DNA from: a virus | Virus record (IMG/VR): IMGVR_UViG_3300045450_000145 | Span: 64,001-128,000 of that record | Length of the DNA: 64,000 nt | Direction: 5' to 3' (one strand) | Shown: one piece after another, positions 45,004 through 54,810 of the stretch | Layout of the letters: each line of letters begins with the position of its first letter | Position numbering within the stretch: the stretch's first letter is position 1 | Notes under the pieces: generated by a model | What the model was told of the DNA's origin: nothing | The model's input: the letters and a program-made list of their open reading frames with translations, nothing else | Databases searched by the model: none | Made by a program: the position numbers and the translations under genes

Positions 45004-45243
45004 ATGACAAGGTTCATGAACATTAGCGGGTGGCACCTTTTCTTTCTTGCCATCGCAATATCAGTAATTAACGTTGCCGCCATTATTGTCTTCTTGACAT
45101 ATAAGGAAATAGAGAAAATGCCAATAGTCCATTTTAATGAACAAGGCAACTGTATTAAGGTGGTTAACATTGAGAATGGGCATGCCTTTAATTGCAACGA
45201 CGTAGATGTCCTACTGAGGCAATATAAAACGCCACTTAAATGA
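45004..45243 (+). CDS. single-TM protein with a periplasmic Cys pair
   Basis: AAGGA SD; TM followed by NC..C. Confidence 0.65.
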   Translation: MTRFMNISGWHLFFLAIAISVINVAAIIVFLTYKEIEKMPIVHFNEQGNCIKVVNIENGHAFNCNDVDVLLRQYKTPLK

Positions 45244-46355
45244 AAAAATATTTGCACCTCAAATGTACAAACTGCAAAAGAAGCGTTGATAAGTTAGTCA
45301 ACCTAACTCATTATCAACCTGACAAATGCACCATTACTTTGGGGTGTGAAGGTCGCTTACAACCGTTAGAATATAAATCTGACAGCAGCATCTCGGTCGC
45401 CCAAAAAACAGGGGCGACCGACTGGTATCCGCGCAACACAGAGATTATTAATAATAAGAAGCAGGTCGATATTAAGCTAATTGACTTGCAATCTGGAAGC
45501 TTGAAGCAAATTGTGATTGCGGTGCCACAGGAAGAGCCGCCTGAAGATGCAATTTATACCTTATCACTAAAGATCAAAGCAGATACTCCAAAGGAATATC
45601 GACAATACATCTTTAGAAAGTCTGGCGTCATTACAAGCATTTCTGGAATTGAGAGCGGTCTAGAAAAGAAAGCACTGCGTTTTAATGCATTTGGAGACTC
45701 GCCAGATTTAGTAGAAGTATTTGTGAATGGTGTTAAACGTGATCAAGGAAAAGGCAATTTAGATTACCAAATTTACATCGGTGACTCAGCATCTATCGCA
45801 CCACCTAACACCATTGTTTTCAATACTCCCATTGAACAGCCGGGCATTTCTCAAATTGACATTATTATTTCAAAAGACGCTCCAGCTAAAATTATTAACT
45901 TGCATTTTACTCGTAATCAATATGATGAAAGTCAAGTTAATACAGGTGCATATGAAAATATTAATTACCTTGAGCGCTTTATTAATGGTAAGTGGCAAAA
46001 GTACTATTTGTATACCCTAGATTTAAATGAAGGTATTATTGACTTGAATTCAATCTTATTACCAGTAAGAGAATCAGACGCATTCATCTTATTGGCAAGA
46101 AAGCCATATACTAAGTTAGATCGGTATAATACAATCATTTTTAAGCTTAATAACTTGAATGATAATGATTATCTAAAATACTTCAAAGAAAACAATAATA
46201 CGGTTCTAAAGGCGGCGGATACAAGTTTAGTGTCTGTATTCCCGCCATTGAGGTTCAACAAGTTCACAACTGAGAGTACAATTAAAACTAAATTAGCTGG
46301 CGATAGCGAGCAGTTAGTAATTGATGGATCAGTAATTATAGGACCAGATGCATGA
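45240..46355 (+). CDS. hypothetical protein with an N-terminal Zn-ribbon and a structural-type beta domain
   Basis: CTNC..C....C; VFVNGVKRDQG...DYQI resembles the C-terminal domain of 16896-18314. Confidence 0.7.
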   Translation: MKKYLHLKCTNCKRSVDKLVNLTHYQPDKCTITLGCEGRLQPLEYKSDSSISVAQKTGATDWYPRNTEIINNKKQVDIKLIDLQSGSLKQIVIAVPQEEPPEDAIYTLSLKIKADTPKEYRQYIFRKSGVITSISGIESGLEKKALRFNAFGDSPDLVEVFVNGVKRDQGKGNLDYQIYIGDSASIAPPNTIVFNTPIEQPGISQIDIIISKDAPAKIINLHFTRNQYDESQVNTGAYENINYLERFINGKWQKYYLYTLDLNEGIIDLNSILLPVRESDAFILLARKPYTKLDRYNTIIFKLNNLNDNDYLKYFKENNNTVLKAADTSLVSVFPPLRFNKFTTESTIKTKLAGDSEQLVIDGSVIIGPDA

Positions 46356-46813
46356 TTTCAAATCTTAAAGATTGCTTTTACGTTGTAAGAGCAGAAGGTG
46401 AAGCCGCAACTTGCCTTGCGCCAGTTTTATCAGAATCTATCCTTAGCGACATCAAGGAAGTAATTTTAATTTCGAAAGATTATAATACTGACATTGAAGC
46501 TGAGGTCAAGATGGAACAAGCAGTCAATACGCTTAAATCTAAAATTGAATACAGCCAAGATGGTATAGAACAAGTAGTTCGTAATCCTCTTTATTATCCA
46601 GTTAAGGATGATGCGCTAGATGCAGTATTAGAAGATGGCAGTGAAGACAGCTTGAAGTTTGTCGGCATGGATGGAAGCCCATTCACGATTAAGTCATTTA
46701 ATTTCTCGCTCAATGACAATAATTTAATTCAGGCAAAGGTAAGCTGTAAGCCATTTGACTTGCCAACTTATTCCGATATTGTTAAGTCCAACAAAGAATT
46801 CAAATACAACTAA
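46352..46813 (+). CDS. hypothetical protein
   Basis: ATGA overlap. Confidence 0.7.
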   Translation: MISNLKDCFYVVRAEGEAATCLAPVLSESILSDIKEVILISKDYNTDIEAEVKMEQAVNTLKSKIEYSQDGIEQVVRNPLYYPVKDDALDAVLEDGSEDSLKFVGMDGSPFTIKSFNFSLNDNNLIQAKVSCKPFDLPTYSDIVKSNKEFKYN

Positions 46814-47205
46814 TGAATAATACAATATATGTTTATGCGTTAAGCATAAAGCTTGATGGCATCTCGGGCACGAACATCGGTTTAATTTTCGATGGAGTTA
46901 CGGACATTTTAATTAACTCAAATGACTTCACCAATTACACCGACGCGGTGGATAGCGCTAACAAGCTAATGGGCGAAGTTCTAGATGATTTGAATAAGAA
47001 TACGTGCGATCGCTCGTTTGTTTTATTTTCTGAGATTAACCCAATCTACTGTGAAGAACCTGGTCGAGCAGATGACTGGGAAGACTCTGAGATGGCGCGC
47101 ATTTGGATTCTAGACGAGGTAACTAAGGAAGAGAATGTCATGCAGGCAGTCGCTGAACTGAAGATGATCTCACTGGTGAGTGATGAACCACATTACCTCA
47201 ACTAA
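46813..47205 (+). CDS. hypothetical acidic protein
   Basis: TAATG overlap. Confidence 0.7.
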   Translation: MNNTIYVYALSIKLDGISGTNIGLIFDGVTDILINSNDFTNYTDAVDSANKLMGEVLDDLNKNTCDRSFVLFSEINPIYCEEPGRADDWEDSEMARIWILDEVTKEENVMQAVAELKMISLVSDEPHYLN

Positions 47206-47269
47206 TTTAGGTCTCATTATTTTACAACTTATTATACAATTATTATCTCTTTACTAACACGAGGAAAAA

Positions 47270-47608
47270 ATGACAAAAGACTTGACAGGCGCAAAGGCAG
47301 CAAAGTTCCGTACCATCCAAGAAATCATGCAGCAGCCAAGCATGAAGGCAAAGCTCTCAAGCTACATTGATGAAGCGGTTCAGTGCAAGAGCAAGATTTC
47401 CTATGAACAAGACAACATCAAGGCGCTGCGAGAGCAGGCACTTGATGAGCTAGGCTTGAAGCCAGCGATGTTCAATCAGTACGTCGCGATGGTGTATTCA
47501 AATGACTACGTTCAACGCAAGGAAAAGCTTGAAGAACTAGTAGATTTAGTCGATTACGTAATGGAAGACCAGAATTTACTTCCAGGCCCACGTGCTGACG
47601 ATGAGTAA
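47270..47608 (+). CDS. dsbA: T4 DsbA-like dsDNA-binding protein
   Basis: KLSSYIDEA..K.KIS....IK..R.QA.DELGL...MFN pattern matches T4 DsbA from memory. Confidence 0.75.
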   Translation: MTKDLTGAKAAKFRTIQEIMQQPSMKAKLSSYIDEAVQCKSKISYEQDNIKALREQALDELGLKPAMFNQYVAMVYSNDYVQRKEKLEELVDLVDYVMEDQNLLPGPRADDE

Positions 47609-47703
47609 CATTCGTAATAGTTACGATAAAACCGTGGGTATCGGATTTACCCAACTTATAATTAACGGACCCGTCGTCCATAAAACAGACGAAAAAGGAA
47701 ATA

Positions 47704-50376
47704 ATGACAGTAAAAAACTACGTGGGTGCATACCACGATCATAGCACAGATGCGATCATGGTTTGGGAGCGTGATGAAAATGGCCGTACAGTCAAAGCTT
47801 ACCACGCCCCTCGCTATTTCTATGTGCAGGACGAAAATGGACCATACACGTCCATCTATAAAGACAAACTCAAAAAGATCGTCTGTGAAGACAAAGCTGA
47901 GTTTGACAACGAACTAAGAAAGTATTCTAAGAAGTTCGAGAGTGACATCCCACCACTCTTCAAGGTGTTAATGGACGAGTATTATGATCGACCGACACCT
48001 CTTGTCCATTATGCCTTTTTGGATATTGAAGTCGACTACAAATCTAAGCTTGGCTTCTCTTCTCCTGAAAACCCATACGCCCCAATCAATGCAGTAACGA
48101 TTTACCAATCGTGGACTAACAAGTACCTGACGTATGCGGTGCCTCCTCCAGACTGGAATGAAGATGGCTTTGACGATCTAATTGCAAAGCTGTGGAAAGA
48201 GCACGAGCTTGGCTTTGAGCAGAATATTGTCATTTGCAAAAACGAAGTTGAGCTACTGAAACACCTCGTCAATGACATTCAGGATGCAGATGTTATCTCT
48301 GGTTGGAACTCCGAGTTCTTTGACTTGCCATACATTATCAAGCGGCTTGAGCGCGTATCACCAAAGCTCATTGACAAGATGTGCTTCAGAGGTTGTAAGC
48401 CACCAAAAATTGGTGAAGTTGAGCGCTTCGGCGCAAAGCGCATTATCTACTCATTAAATGGACGAACTCACCTCGACTACTTAGATTTATTCAAAAAGTT
48501 TACCTTTGAAGGTCGCACCTCATACTCCCTCGGCAATATTGCCGCCGATGAGCTCGACATCCCGAAGCTAGATTATGAAGGTACTTTAGAGCAGTTATAT
48601 CACCGCGACTTTGCCCACTTCATCGCCTACAACGCCCGAGACGTTGAAGTACTAGTTAAGCTAGATAAGAAGTTCAACTTCATCGCTCTAGTTAATCAGA
48701 TGGCTCATGAAAACACATGCCTATTCCAGAACATGATGGGCACTGTGCGATATGTTGAAACTGGAATTACTAATCGTGCACACTACGTTCACAAACTAAT
48801 CGTTGCAGACAAGAAAATTCTAACTGATGGCGAAAAGGTTGAAGGCGCTTTAGTACTATCACCGCTGGTAGGACTACACGACTGGCTAGGCTCTGTCGAT
48901 ATTAACTCGCTGTATCCATCAGTTATTCGAGCCCTCAATATCTCGCCAGAAAAGTACATCGGCCAGTTTGCTGAAGGTGAAGAGGCATGGGAAGGCGTCA
49001 TGGATAAGAGTGATAAGCTCTTCATCTTGAGAAATGACCAGCGCGAAACCTTTGAAATGTCAGGTAAAGAGTGGCATGAAACTCTACTTGAAAATAAGTG
49101 GGTCATCACTCCTTTTGGAACTATCTTCGATGAAGGCACGGGCCTCGGCATTGTACCAGAAGCTATTCAGTTCTGGTATCAGGAACGTAAGCGTCTACAA
49201 GCCGAGAAGAAGAAATATCAGCAACTTGTAAAAGCAACAAATGATCCAGCCGAAAAGAAGAGACTTGAAGTTCTTGTCGAGCATTACGATCTGCTGCAGC
49301 TTACCAAGAAGATTCAGCTGAATTCAACTTACGGTGCATTGCTTTCACCACACTTCCGTCTTGGTCGTAAGGAGATGGGCGCATCAGTTACTGCATGTGG
49401 TCGTAAAATTACCACGTTCATGATCGAGCAGATTGGGGAGCTTGTGACTGGTAACAAAACCACAGTCACTAAGCATGTCGAGGTCGATAAGGATGGAAGC
49501 GTAAGCAACGTATACACCTCAGACTCACCGGTCATCTTGCTATCAGACACCGACTCATGTTACTTTAAAACTAATGCTACGAACAAGGAAGACGCAATCG
49601 CTATTGCAGACACTGTAGCTGAAGAAGTAAATGCTATGTTCCCGGCATTCATGCGTAAGTCATTCAACTGTCAGCCAGAATATGATGACCTTATTAAAGC
49701 CGGTCGAGAAATTGTAGGTTCACGTGGCATCTTCTTGAATGCAAAGAAGAAGTACACAATCAAAGTGGTTAACTTGGATGGCTTTGATTTAAATCCACCT
49801 AAGCTGAAAACTGTCGGTTCTGAAATGAAGAAGGCTGACACGCCAAAGGTTATTCAGGACTTCCTGAAGGACATGATGGACATGATTTTAGATGGTGGCA
49901 GTTACGAAGACGTCGAATCATTCATTAACAGCCAGCGTGGTGAACTAGTTAGAAAGGTTAAAAATCCTATCTCGCTCGGTGTATCTAAGCAAATTAACAA
50001 CTTGGATGCAAAGTACATTGAATGGGCCAGGGTTGAGCGTGATAGCAAGGGCAAAGTTAACTTACCAGGTCATGTTCGTGCTGGCATCAACTACAACGAG
50101 CTCGTGAGTGAACTAGACGAGGGCGCTACTAAGTTGAAGTCTGGCGACAAGGGCATTATCTTCTACCTGCAACCAAATAACTATGGATTTAAATCTATTG
50201 CTTTCCCTGCAGACACTCCTCGCTTCCCACCATGGTTCAATGAGCACTTTAAAATCGACAAGAAGCTTACTGAGCAGAAGATGATCGACTCTAAACTATC
50301 ACGCGTCTTTGAAGCTTTACAGTGGGAAATCCCAACCCCACAGAAATCCTTTGCTAACAAGCTGCTTGAGTTCTAA
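47704..50376 (+). CDS. gp43: B-family DNA polymerase, T4 gp43-like
   Basis: exonuclease LDIE, GWNSEFFD, YNARD; polymerase SVDINSLYPS, KIQLNSTYG, SDTDS, KKKY. Confidence 0.95.
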   Translation: MTVKNYVGAYHDHSTDAIMVWERDENGRTVKAYHAPRYFYVQDENGPYTSIYKDKLKKIVCEDKAEFDNELRKYSKKFESDIPPLFKVLMDEYYDRPTPLVHYAFLDIEVDYKSKLGFSSPENPYAPINAVTIYQSWTNKYLTYAVPPPDWNEDGFDDLIAKLWKEHELGFEQNIVICKNEVELLKHLVNDIQDADVISGWNSEFFDLPYIIKRLERVSPKLIDKMCFRGCKPPKIGEVERFGAKRIIYSLNGRTHLDYLDLFKKFTFEGRTSYSLGNIAADELDIPKLDYEGTLEQLYHRDFAHFIAYNARDVEVLVKLDKKFNFIALVNQMAHENTCLFQNMMGTVRYVETGITNRAHYVHKLIVADKKILTDGEKVEGALVLSPLVGLHDWLGSVDINSLYPSVIRALNISPEKYIGQFAEGEEAWEGVMDKSDKLFILRNDQRETFEMSGKEWHETLLENKWVITPFGTIFDEGTGLGIVPEAIQFWYQERKRLQAEKKKYQQLVKATNDPAEKKRLEVLVEHYDLLQLTKKIQLNSTYGALLSPHFRLGRKEMGASVTACGRKITTFMIEQIGELVTGNKTTVTKHVEVDKDGSVSNVYTSDSPVILLSDTDSCYFKTNATNKEDAIAIADTVAEEVNAMFPAFMRKSFNCQPEYDDLIKAGREIVGSRGIFLNAKKKYTIKVVNLDGFDLNPPKLKTVGSEMKKADTPKVIQDFLKDMMDMILDGGSYEDVESFINSQRGELVRKVKNPISLGVSKQINNLDAKYIEWARVERDSKGKVNLPGHVRAGINYNELVSELDEGATKLKSGDKGIIFYLQPNNYGFKSIAFPADTPRFPPWFNEHFKIDKKLTEQKMIDSKLSRVFEALQWEIPTPQKSFANKLLEF

Positions 50377-50423
50377 TCATGGTAGGGACAATTGTCTCTA
50401 CCAACTTTATGTTACAATTATTT

Positions 50424-51143
50424 ATGAAAAACGAAATTACCCAAATTGAACATCTCCGTACCATTCTCGCTGCGTGTAAAGTCGTCGGCGTCGATGGTGT
50501 TGTCCTAAGCGAAGGCATGGCACGTGGTGCAAAGGCTTCAAAAGATGCTGCGATCATCAGTCGTAGCTTAGTCGACATTCCAACTAATGTTAAGCTTGGC
50601 ATCGGTCGAGTTGCAGAACTTGAGAAGCGTCTCTCCATCTTTGGTGATACTGCCACTATCGAGTACAAAACAAACGATAATGACGATATTACAGTGCTAA
50701 ATATCATTTCGGGTAAAACTAAAATGATGTTTAGGTGTACGTCAGCCGGACTTATGAAGTACCCGAAGGCCAACAATGACCCAGCATATGCACAAGTAAA
50801 GCTGAATAGGGCTGAAGCTGCACTTCTCACTAAGTCAATTAAAACTCTATCTGCAGAGTTGGTGGTATTGCACTCCAACAAAAGCGGATTAGTTCGTATC
50901 GAGGGTAAGGATAGCACCAACGACAAGTTCGAAATCGAGCTTGCCTCACAAGCAATTTTTGTCGATGAAGAAGATAGCTTCGTGCAATCTTACCTCGCGC
51001 CTCTCTTCTGCGATGCAATTGACGCCTGCGCACGTGACAACGAAAGTATTGATTTAACTATTGGTGAAAGCGGTTCCATTACCATCAAGGTGAAGGGTCA
51101 TGACATGGTCATCATTCCACAAATTGGCGAAGACGAAGATTAA
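50424..51143 (+). CDS. probable sliding clamp (gp45-like)
   Basis: about 240 aa, acidic alpha/beta protein immediately after the polymerase; call rests mainly on synteny and size. Confidence 0.6.
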   Translation: MKNEITQIEHLRTILAACKVVGVDGVVLSEGMARGAKASKDAAIISRSLVDIPTNVKLGIGRVAELEKRLSIFGDTATIEYKTNDNDDITVLNIISGKTKMMFRCTSAGLMKYPKANNDPAYAQVKLNRAEAALLTKSIKTLSAELVVLHSNKSGLVRIEGKDSTNDKFEIELASQAIFVDEEDSFVQSYLAPLFCDAIDACARDNESIDLTIGESGSITIKVKGHDMVIIPQIGEDED

Positions 51144-51153
51144 AGGACACAAA

Positions 51154-51513
51154 ATGGAAGACTATGAAAAGCAACGCGCTGACTATGTCAGCAAATTAGA
51201 AAGAGAAAATGAAGCCCTTCGTGGCCAAGTGAATTACTACAGAAGCGTTGAAAAGTGGGTGCCGGAATTGTCTGCAGTGCAGGACATTAAAACCCAAACC
51301 ATGCGCATCACTCTTGCAGTTGGCGGTAAAAACACAACTGCACAGGTGCCATTAACCACGGTGGTAGAAGCAGATACTACCTCGATTACATCTGCAGTGG
51401 TAGATGCAATGTATAAGAACTCTCTCTTTGACAGCTTCTCTAATTTAATTGAGCCTGAAGTTGCAAAGCTCAAGAAGAACATTCAAGCCACTGCTGGAGC
51501 CGGTAAATGGTAA
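51154..51513 (+). CDS. hypothetical protein
   Basis: AAGGA SD before ATG 51154; coiled-coil N-terminus. Confidence 0.7.
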   Translation: MEDYEKQRADYVSKLERENEALRGQVNYYRSVEKWVPELSAVQDIKTQTMRITLAVGGKNTTAQVPLTTVVEADTTSITSAVVDAMYKNSLFDSFSNLIEPEVAKLKKNIQATAGAGKW

Positions 51514-51815
51514 AGTGGTTTTCACAGAAGCTCCTTAACTGGAGCAACAAGAACTCGAAGGAGCCATGGGCTTCTTTTGAGGTAAATGGCTTTGAGCCTG
51601 ATGGTAGAATTAAAGTAAACTTTAACTGGAACGATGAATTCATTAAAAAGATTCACGCAATGGGCTTTCAGGCAGAAACTGAAGATGATTCGGTACAGCT
51701 CTTCTTCTATGCATCTTCAATGAGACCGACTGCACTTGACTCGGTGGATATAGATGAAGCTGTCAGCGCAGAGCACCCCAACTTAGCAAGTGACACTAAC
51801 ATTTTAAAGCAATGA
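51507..51815 (+). CDS. hypothetical protein
   Basis: GGAG SD; EPW..FNWNDEF motif. Confidence 0.7.
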   Translation: MVKWFSQKLLNWSNKNSKEPWASFEVNGFEPDGRIKVNFNWNDEFIKKIHAMGFQAETEDDSVQLFFYASSMRPTALDSVDIDEAVSAEHPNLASDTNILKQ

Positions 51816-52141
51816 AGCATGACAAGGGCGCAGAGCTATGTGTTAATGACTATACTGTCATCTATCGTGAAATCATGAAGATTACTAGAACTCACCCACT
51901 AAATGAAATTTTGTATGGTGATGGCCCTGAAGATGAAGCCATGTTTAATCTTAATAAAAAGTTAAACGAAGTTATTACTCAAGATGTAAATCTACAGGAG
52001 GCTTCTGGCTGGTTAAGATATACTGGCAAGTATGAAGATCGTCTACCGTGCTTCAAGGATAAAGTCAAGCTTATTAAGGAGCGGGTAATTAGTGAGCAGG
52101 GTGAAGATAAAGTTTATGACTATTTGCTAGGATTAATTTGA
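51812..52141 (+). CDS. helical protein (paralog family 3, copy 1)
   Basis: WLRYTGKYEDRLPCF..GEDKV..L.GL. Confidence 0.7.
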   Translation: MKHDKGAELCVNDYTVIYREIMKITRTHPLNEILYGDGPEDEAMFNLNKKLNEVITQDVNLQEASGWLRYTGKYEDRLPCFKDKVKLIKERVISEQGEDKVYDYLLGLI

Positions 52142-52455
52142 TGGATCGTGTTGAGCGGTATCATAAAATTCAAGAGATGCATTGCATTATCTGTAATACA
52201 TTAGAAGTAAGGTCCATGATGAATGGCGAGCTAGATCATGTGCAAGCTAAAAACATAGATGAATTAAATTTAGTGTTGCAAAATGCAATTAATAATGACA
52301 GCAACCACATCTTAGATATGATGTGGTTGCGCCTCACTGGCAAATTTAAAGATATTCTTTCATGTTATAATGAGAAGTTAGACTTAGTGTATTGTAAAAT
52401 GGTCTCGCTCGAAGGTGTAGACAAAGCAAAAGCACTATTGATTGGAATGATATGA
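52138..52455 (+). CDS. helical protein (paralog family 3, copy 2)
   Basis: WLRLTGKFKDILSCY..GVDKAK.LL.GM. Confidence 0.7.
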   Translation: MMDRVERYHKIQEMHCIICNTLEVRSMMNGELDHVQAKNIDELNLVLQNAINNDSNHILDMMWLRLTGKFKDILSCYNEKLDLVYCKMVSLEGVDKAKALLIGMI

Positions 52456-52772
52456 ATAATACACAAGACAAAATAACTGTTGCAATGGATATTGCAACAG
52501 AAGTTGATAATATTACAGGGTCTGATTTAATTGATTGGGTATTCCATAACACTCCACTATCTCAAGAAGCTGCTTATAATTTAAATGATAAGCTGAAGAA
52601 AGTTATTAATGAATCCTCTGGCAGATTTGAGGATGTTACATGGCTCAGGGCGTGCTTTAGGTACCGTGATGCCATTTCATGTTATAATGACGTAGTACGT
52701 ATTGCTTACGATAAAATTGCAGCTGTAGATGGCGATGATAAGGCGAAGCAGCTATTAAAGGGATTACTATGA
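52452..52772 (+). CDS. helical protein (paralog family 3, copy 3)
   Basis: WLRACFRYRDAISCY..GDDKAK.LL.GL. Confidence 0.7.
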   Translation: MNNTQDKITVAMDIATEVDNITGSDLIDWVFHNTPLSQEAAYNLNDKLKKVINESSGRFEDVTWLRACFRYRDAISCYNDVVRIAYDKIAAVDGDDKAKQLLKGLL

Positions 52773-53797
52773 AGAAACGTCGGATGGTTGTTGACACGGC
52801 AAACTTGCTATTCAGGGTTGCATCAGCTCATGGAAAGTACAACGCTGGTCAAGGCAGTGCAGAAGATCAGGCCGGATTGGCGATGCACATCGCACTCAAC
52901 ACGCTCAAGAGTCATTACAACAAAGTCAAGCCAGACCAAATTGCTTTAACTTTTGAAGGCAGCAAAAATTGGCGGAAAGAATATACTCGATCCGAAGAAT
53001 GCGTATCTAAGCGCATCTACAAAGCAAATCGAGTCAAAGATGACTCTATGATTCCGTTCTTTGAACTCATTAAGGCATTTGAGCAGCTTGCTCGAGAACA
53101 CACTTCACTTGTTTGTTTGGGCAATCCTATCTGCGAAGGCGACGATCTGTTCGGCGCGTACATTGAAAAGTACTGTGGTGAAGGCGACGACGTGCTAGGC
53201 TTGTCTGGTGACAAGGACTTTGTGCAGTTCGTAAAGCGCTTCCCCAACTTCACTCTCCTAAATCCTGATAAGGCAGGTGCGTCACGACACCTTGACAAGA
53301 AGGGCAATGAGATTGATGGCGAGTACTTCATGTTTGAGAAGGCATTTAGGGGAGACGTCGGGGACAACGTCATGCCTGCATATCCACGTGTTCGATCTAC
53401 TCGCCTAGCTAAAGCGTATAATGACCCATACGAACTCACCAATATCATGAACGAAACCTGGACCTTTGATGAGCCAGAAACTGGCAATGAACGCGTATTC
53501 CGGGTTGGTGACCTGTTTGAAGAGAACATGCTCTTGATGAGTCTGATGCACCAGCCAGAACATGTACGTCAAGAGATGTTCAGAACCCTTGATCATGAGG
53601 TGCAGAATCACGGCCAATTTAATTTTTTCGCATTTATGAAATTTTGTGGTAAGTACAAGCTGAATAAGATCGCTGAAGATGCAACATCGTTCGTTGAGAT
53701 GTTTAGCTGTACTGGGCAAAATACTGAATTTAAGGAAGAAGTAAAGGCAAATATTGCAGAGAAGAAGGCAAAGAAGGCATCATCTCTGGTGTTCTAA
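52769..53797 (+). CDS. rnh: RNase H / 5'-3' flap exonuclease, T4 Rnh-like
   Basis: VVDTAN, WRK..YKANR, EGDD, SGDKDF, GDVGDNV. Confidence 0.9.
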   Translation: MKKRRMVVDTANLLFRVASAHGKYNAGQGSAEDQAGLAMHIALNTLKSHYNKVKPDQIALTFEGSKNWRKEYTRSEECVSKRIYKANRVKDDSMIPFFELIKAFEQLAREHTSLVCLGNPICEGDDLFGAYIEKYCGEGDDVLGLSGDKDFVQFVKRFPNFTLLNPDKAGASRHLDKKGNEIDGEYFMFEKAFRGDVGDNVMPAYPRVRSTRLAKAYNDPYELTNIMNETWTFDEPETGNERVFRVGDLFEENMLLMSLMHQPEHVRQEMFRTLDHEVQNHGQFNFFAFMKFCGKYKLNKIAEDATSFVEMFSCTGQNTEFKEEVKANIAEKKAKKASSLVF

Positions 53798-53821
53798 GAT
53801 AGAAAATATGTTATAATGAAT

Positions 53822-53935
53822 CTTAACTTATGAAAAGCACTGCTTTCTGGAATTGCCAAAGTGACTTCGGTAGTTGTTTGTTGATATCGTTGAACGACAT
53901 CCAGAAAGTTAGGCAACTAAACTATGTAAGTTAAG
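53822..53935 (+). ncRNA. candidate structured non-coding RNA (unclassified)
   Basis: begins just after TGTTATAAT (53809-17); two nested perfect 9-bp stems, a cUUCGg loop and a GCAA GNRA loop. Confidence 0.5.
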
Positions 53936-54026
53936 TTGTATTACCGGTTCCTATATTGGGGTGCGTTTAAAGTTGCTATCGCGCAATTGTAATAATTACC
54001 GGTTTTACTCATAATATGAGGTGCAA

Positions 54027-54200
54027 ATGCTGTCATTGTTTTTCACAATCATTTACTTCTTCGCATACGGCGTATTAGCATTTGTTATCCATTGCAAAAT
54101 CATGGATACACTGGATAATGGGCAATTTGCCGAACCAGTTGTATTGAGTTGGCTCTATATTCTAGTGCTATGCATTTTGGCTATGCCTATTATTAGATAA
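54027..54200 (+). CDS. small 2-TM membrane protein (57 aa, not in ORF track)
   Basis: GAGGT SD; hydrophobic. Confidence 0.65.
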   Translation: MLSLFFTIIYFFAYGVLAFVIHCKIMDTLDNGQFAEPVVLSWLYILVLCILAMPIIR

Positions 54201-54234
54201 AATAATAAGGTTGAAATAAAGCCTGTTTTTCTCC

Positions 54235-54242
54235 TATAAATA
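54235..54242 (+). promoter_or_regulatory. T4-late-like promoter
   Basis: exact TATAAATA. Confidence 0.65.
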
Positions 54243-54330
54243 ATTGTGATTGAGAATCTTACTCACCACAACGGGTTGCATGATTTTGCATAAAACGTTT
54301 ACGTTTTCCCAGCCACTTAGGAGATAAACA

Positions 54331-54786
54331 ATGGCAACAGCAGCTCTACCAGGCCCAAAGGGGCAATTCGCTAAGATTGAAAAGCAAGAAACAAATCTAA
54401 ATCACGTTTTCCTAATTGATTGGAAAGACGACGGCATGCTCCGCGAAATCGCGGTTGTCTTAGAGGCACCAGACGGTACCATTTATGGCATTCAAGTTGA
54501 TCGCCTTCACCCAATTGACAAGCAGCGCCTCAAGAAGTTTATTACTTCTGTTCACGCTGACAAGTACCCACTATGGGAACTACTCTCACAGGGCAAGCTA
54601 AACAACGGCGTCAACCCACTTGACTTCTTCCACATGAACTACGTTGAGAAGAAGGCTCCACGTGGTGCTGTGCTTGGGGGAGGTTTAGCTGATGTCGCCG
54701 TATATCAAGATAACGGCGTTCAGATCGGTTCTGAGTTCTCAGACCCTCGCGGCGCTCAAATCGCACAAGAAAAGCCGCCAATCTAA
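54331..54786 (+). CDS. hypothetical late protein
   Basis: AGGAG SD; codon usage suggests high expression. Confidence 0.8.
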   Translation: MATAALPGPKGQFAKIEKQETNLNHVFLIDWKDDGMLREIAVVLEAPDGTIYGIQVDRLHPIDKQRLKKFITSVHADKYPLWELLSQGKLNNGVNPLDFFHMNYVEKKAPRGAVLGGGLADVAVYQDNGVQIGSEFSDPRGAQIAQEKPPI

Positions 54787-54810
54787 ATTAGCTTTTTAAG
54801 TTAATGTGTT

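Noticed and set aside
47704-50376. Intein or intron in the DNA polymerase, or an unusual catalytic motif (LSDTDS)
   Set aside because: 890 aa is a normal length with no insertion; the residues before DTDS vary among B-family phage polymerases
53830-53934. 34-aa ORF MKSTAFWNCQ... as a protein-coding gene
   Set aside because: There is no SD, and the ORF coincides with a nested stem structure that is better explained as RNA; not fully excluded
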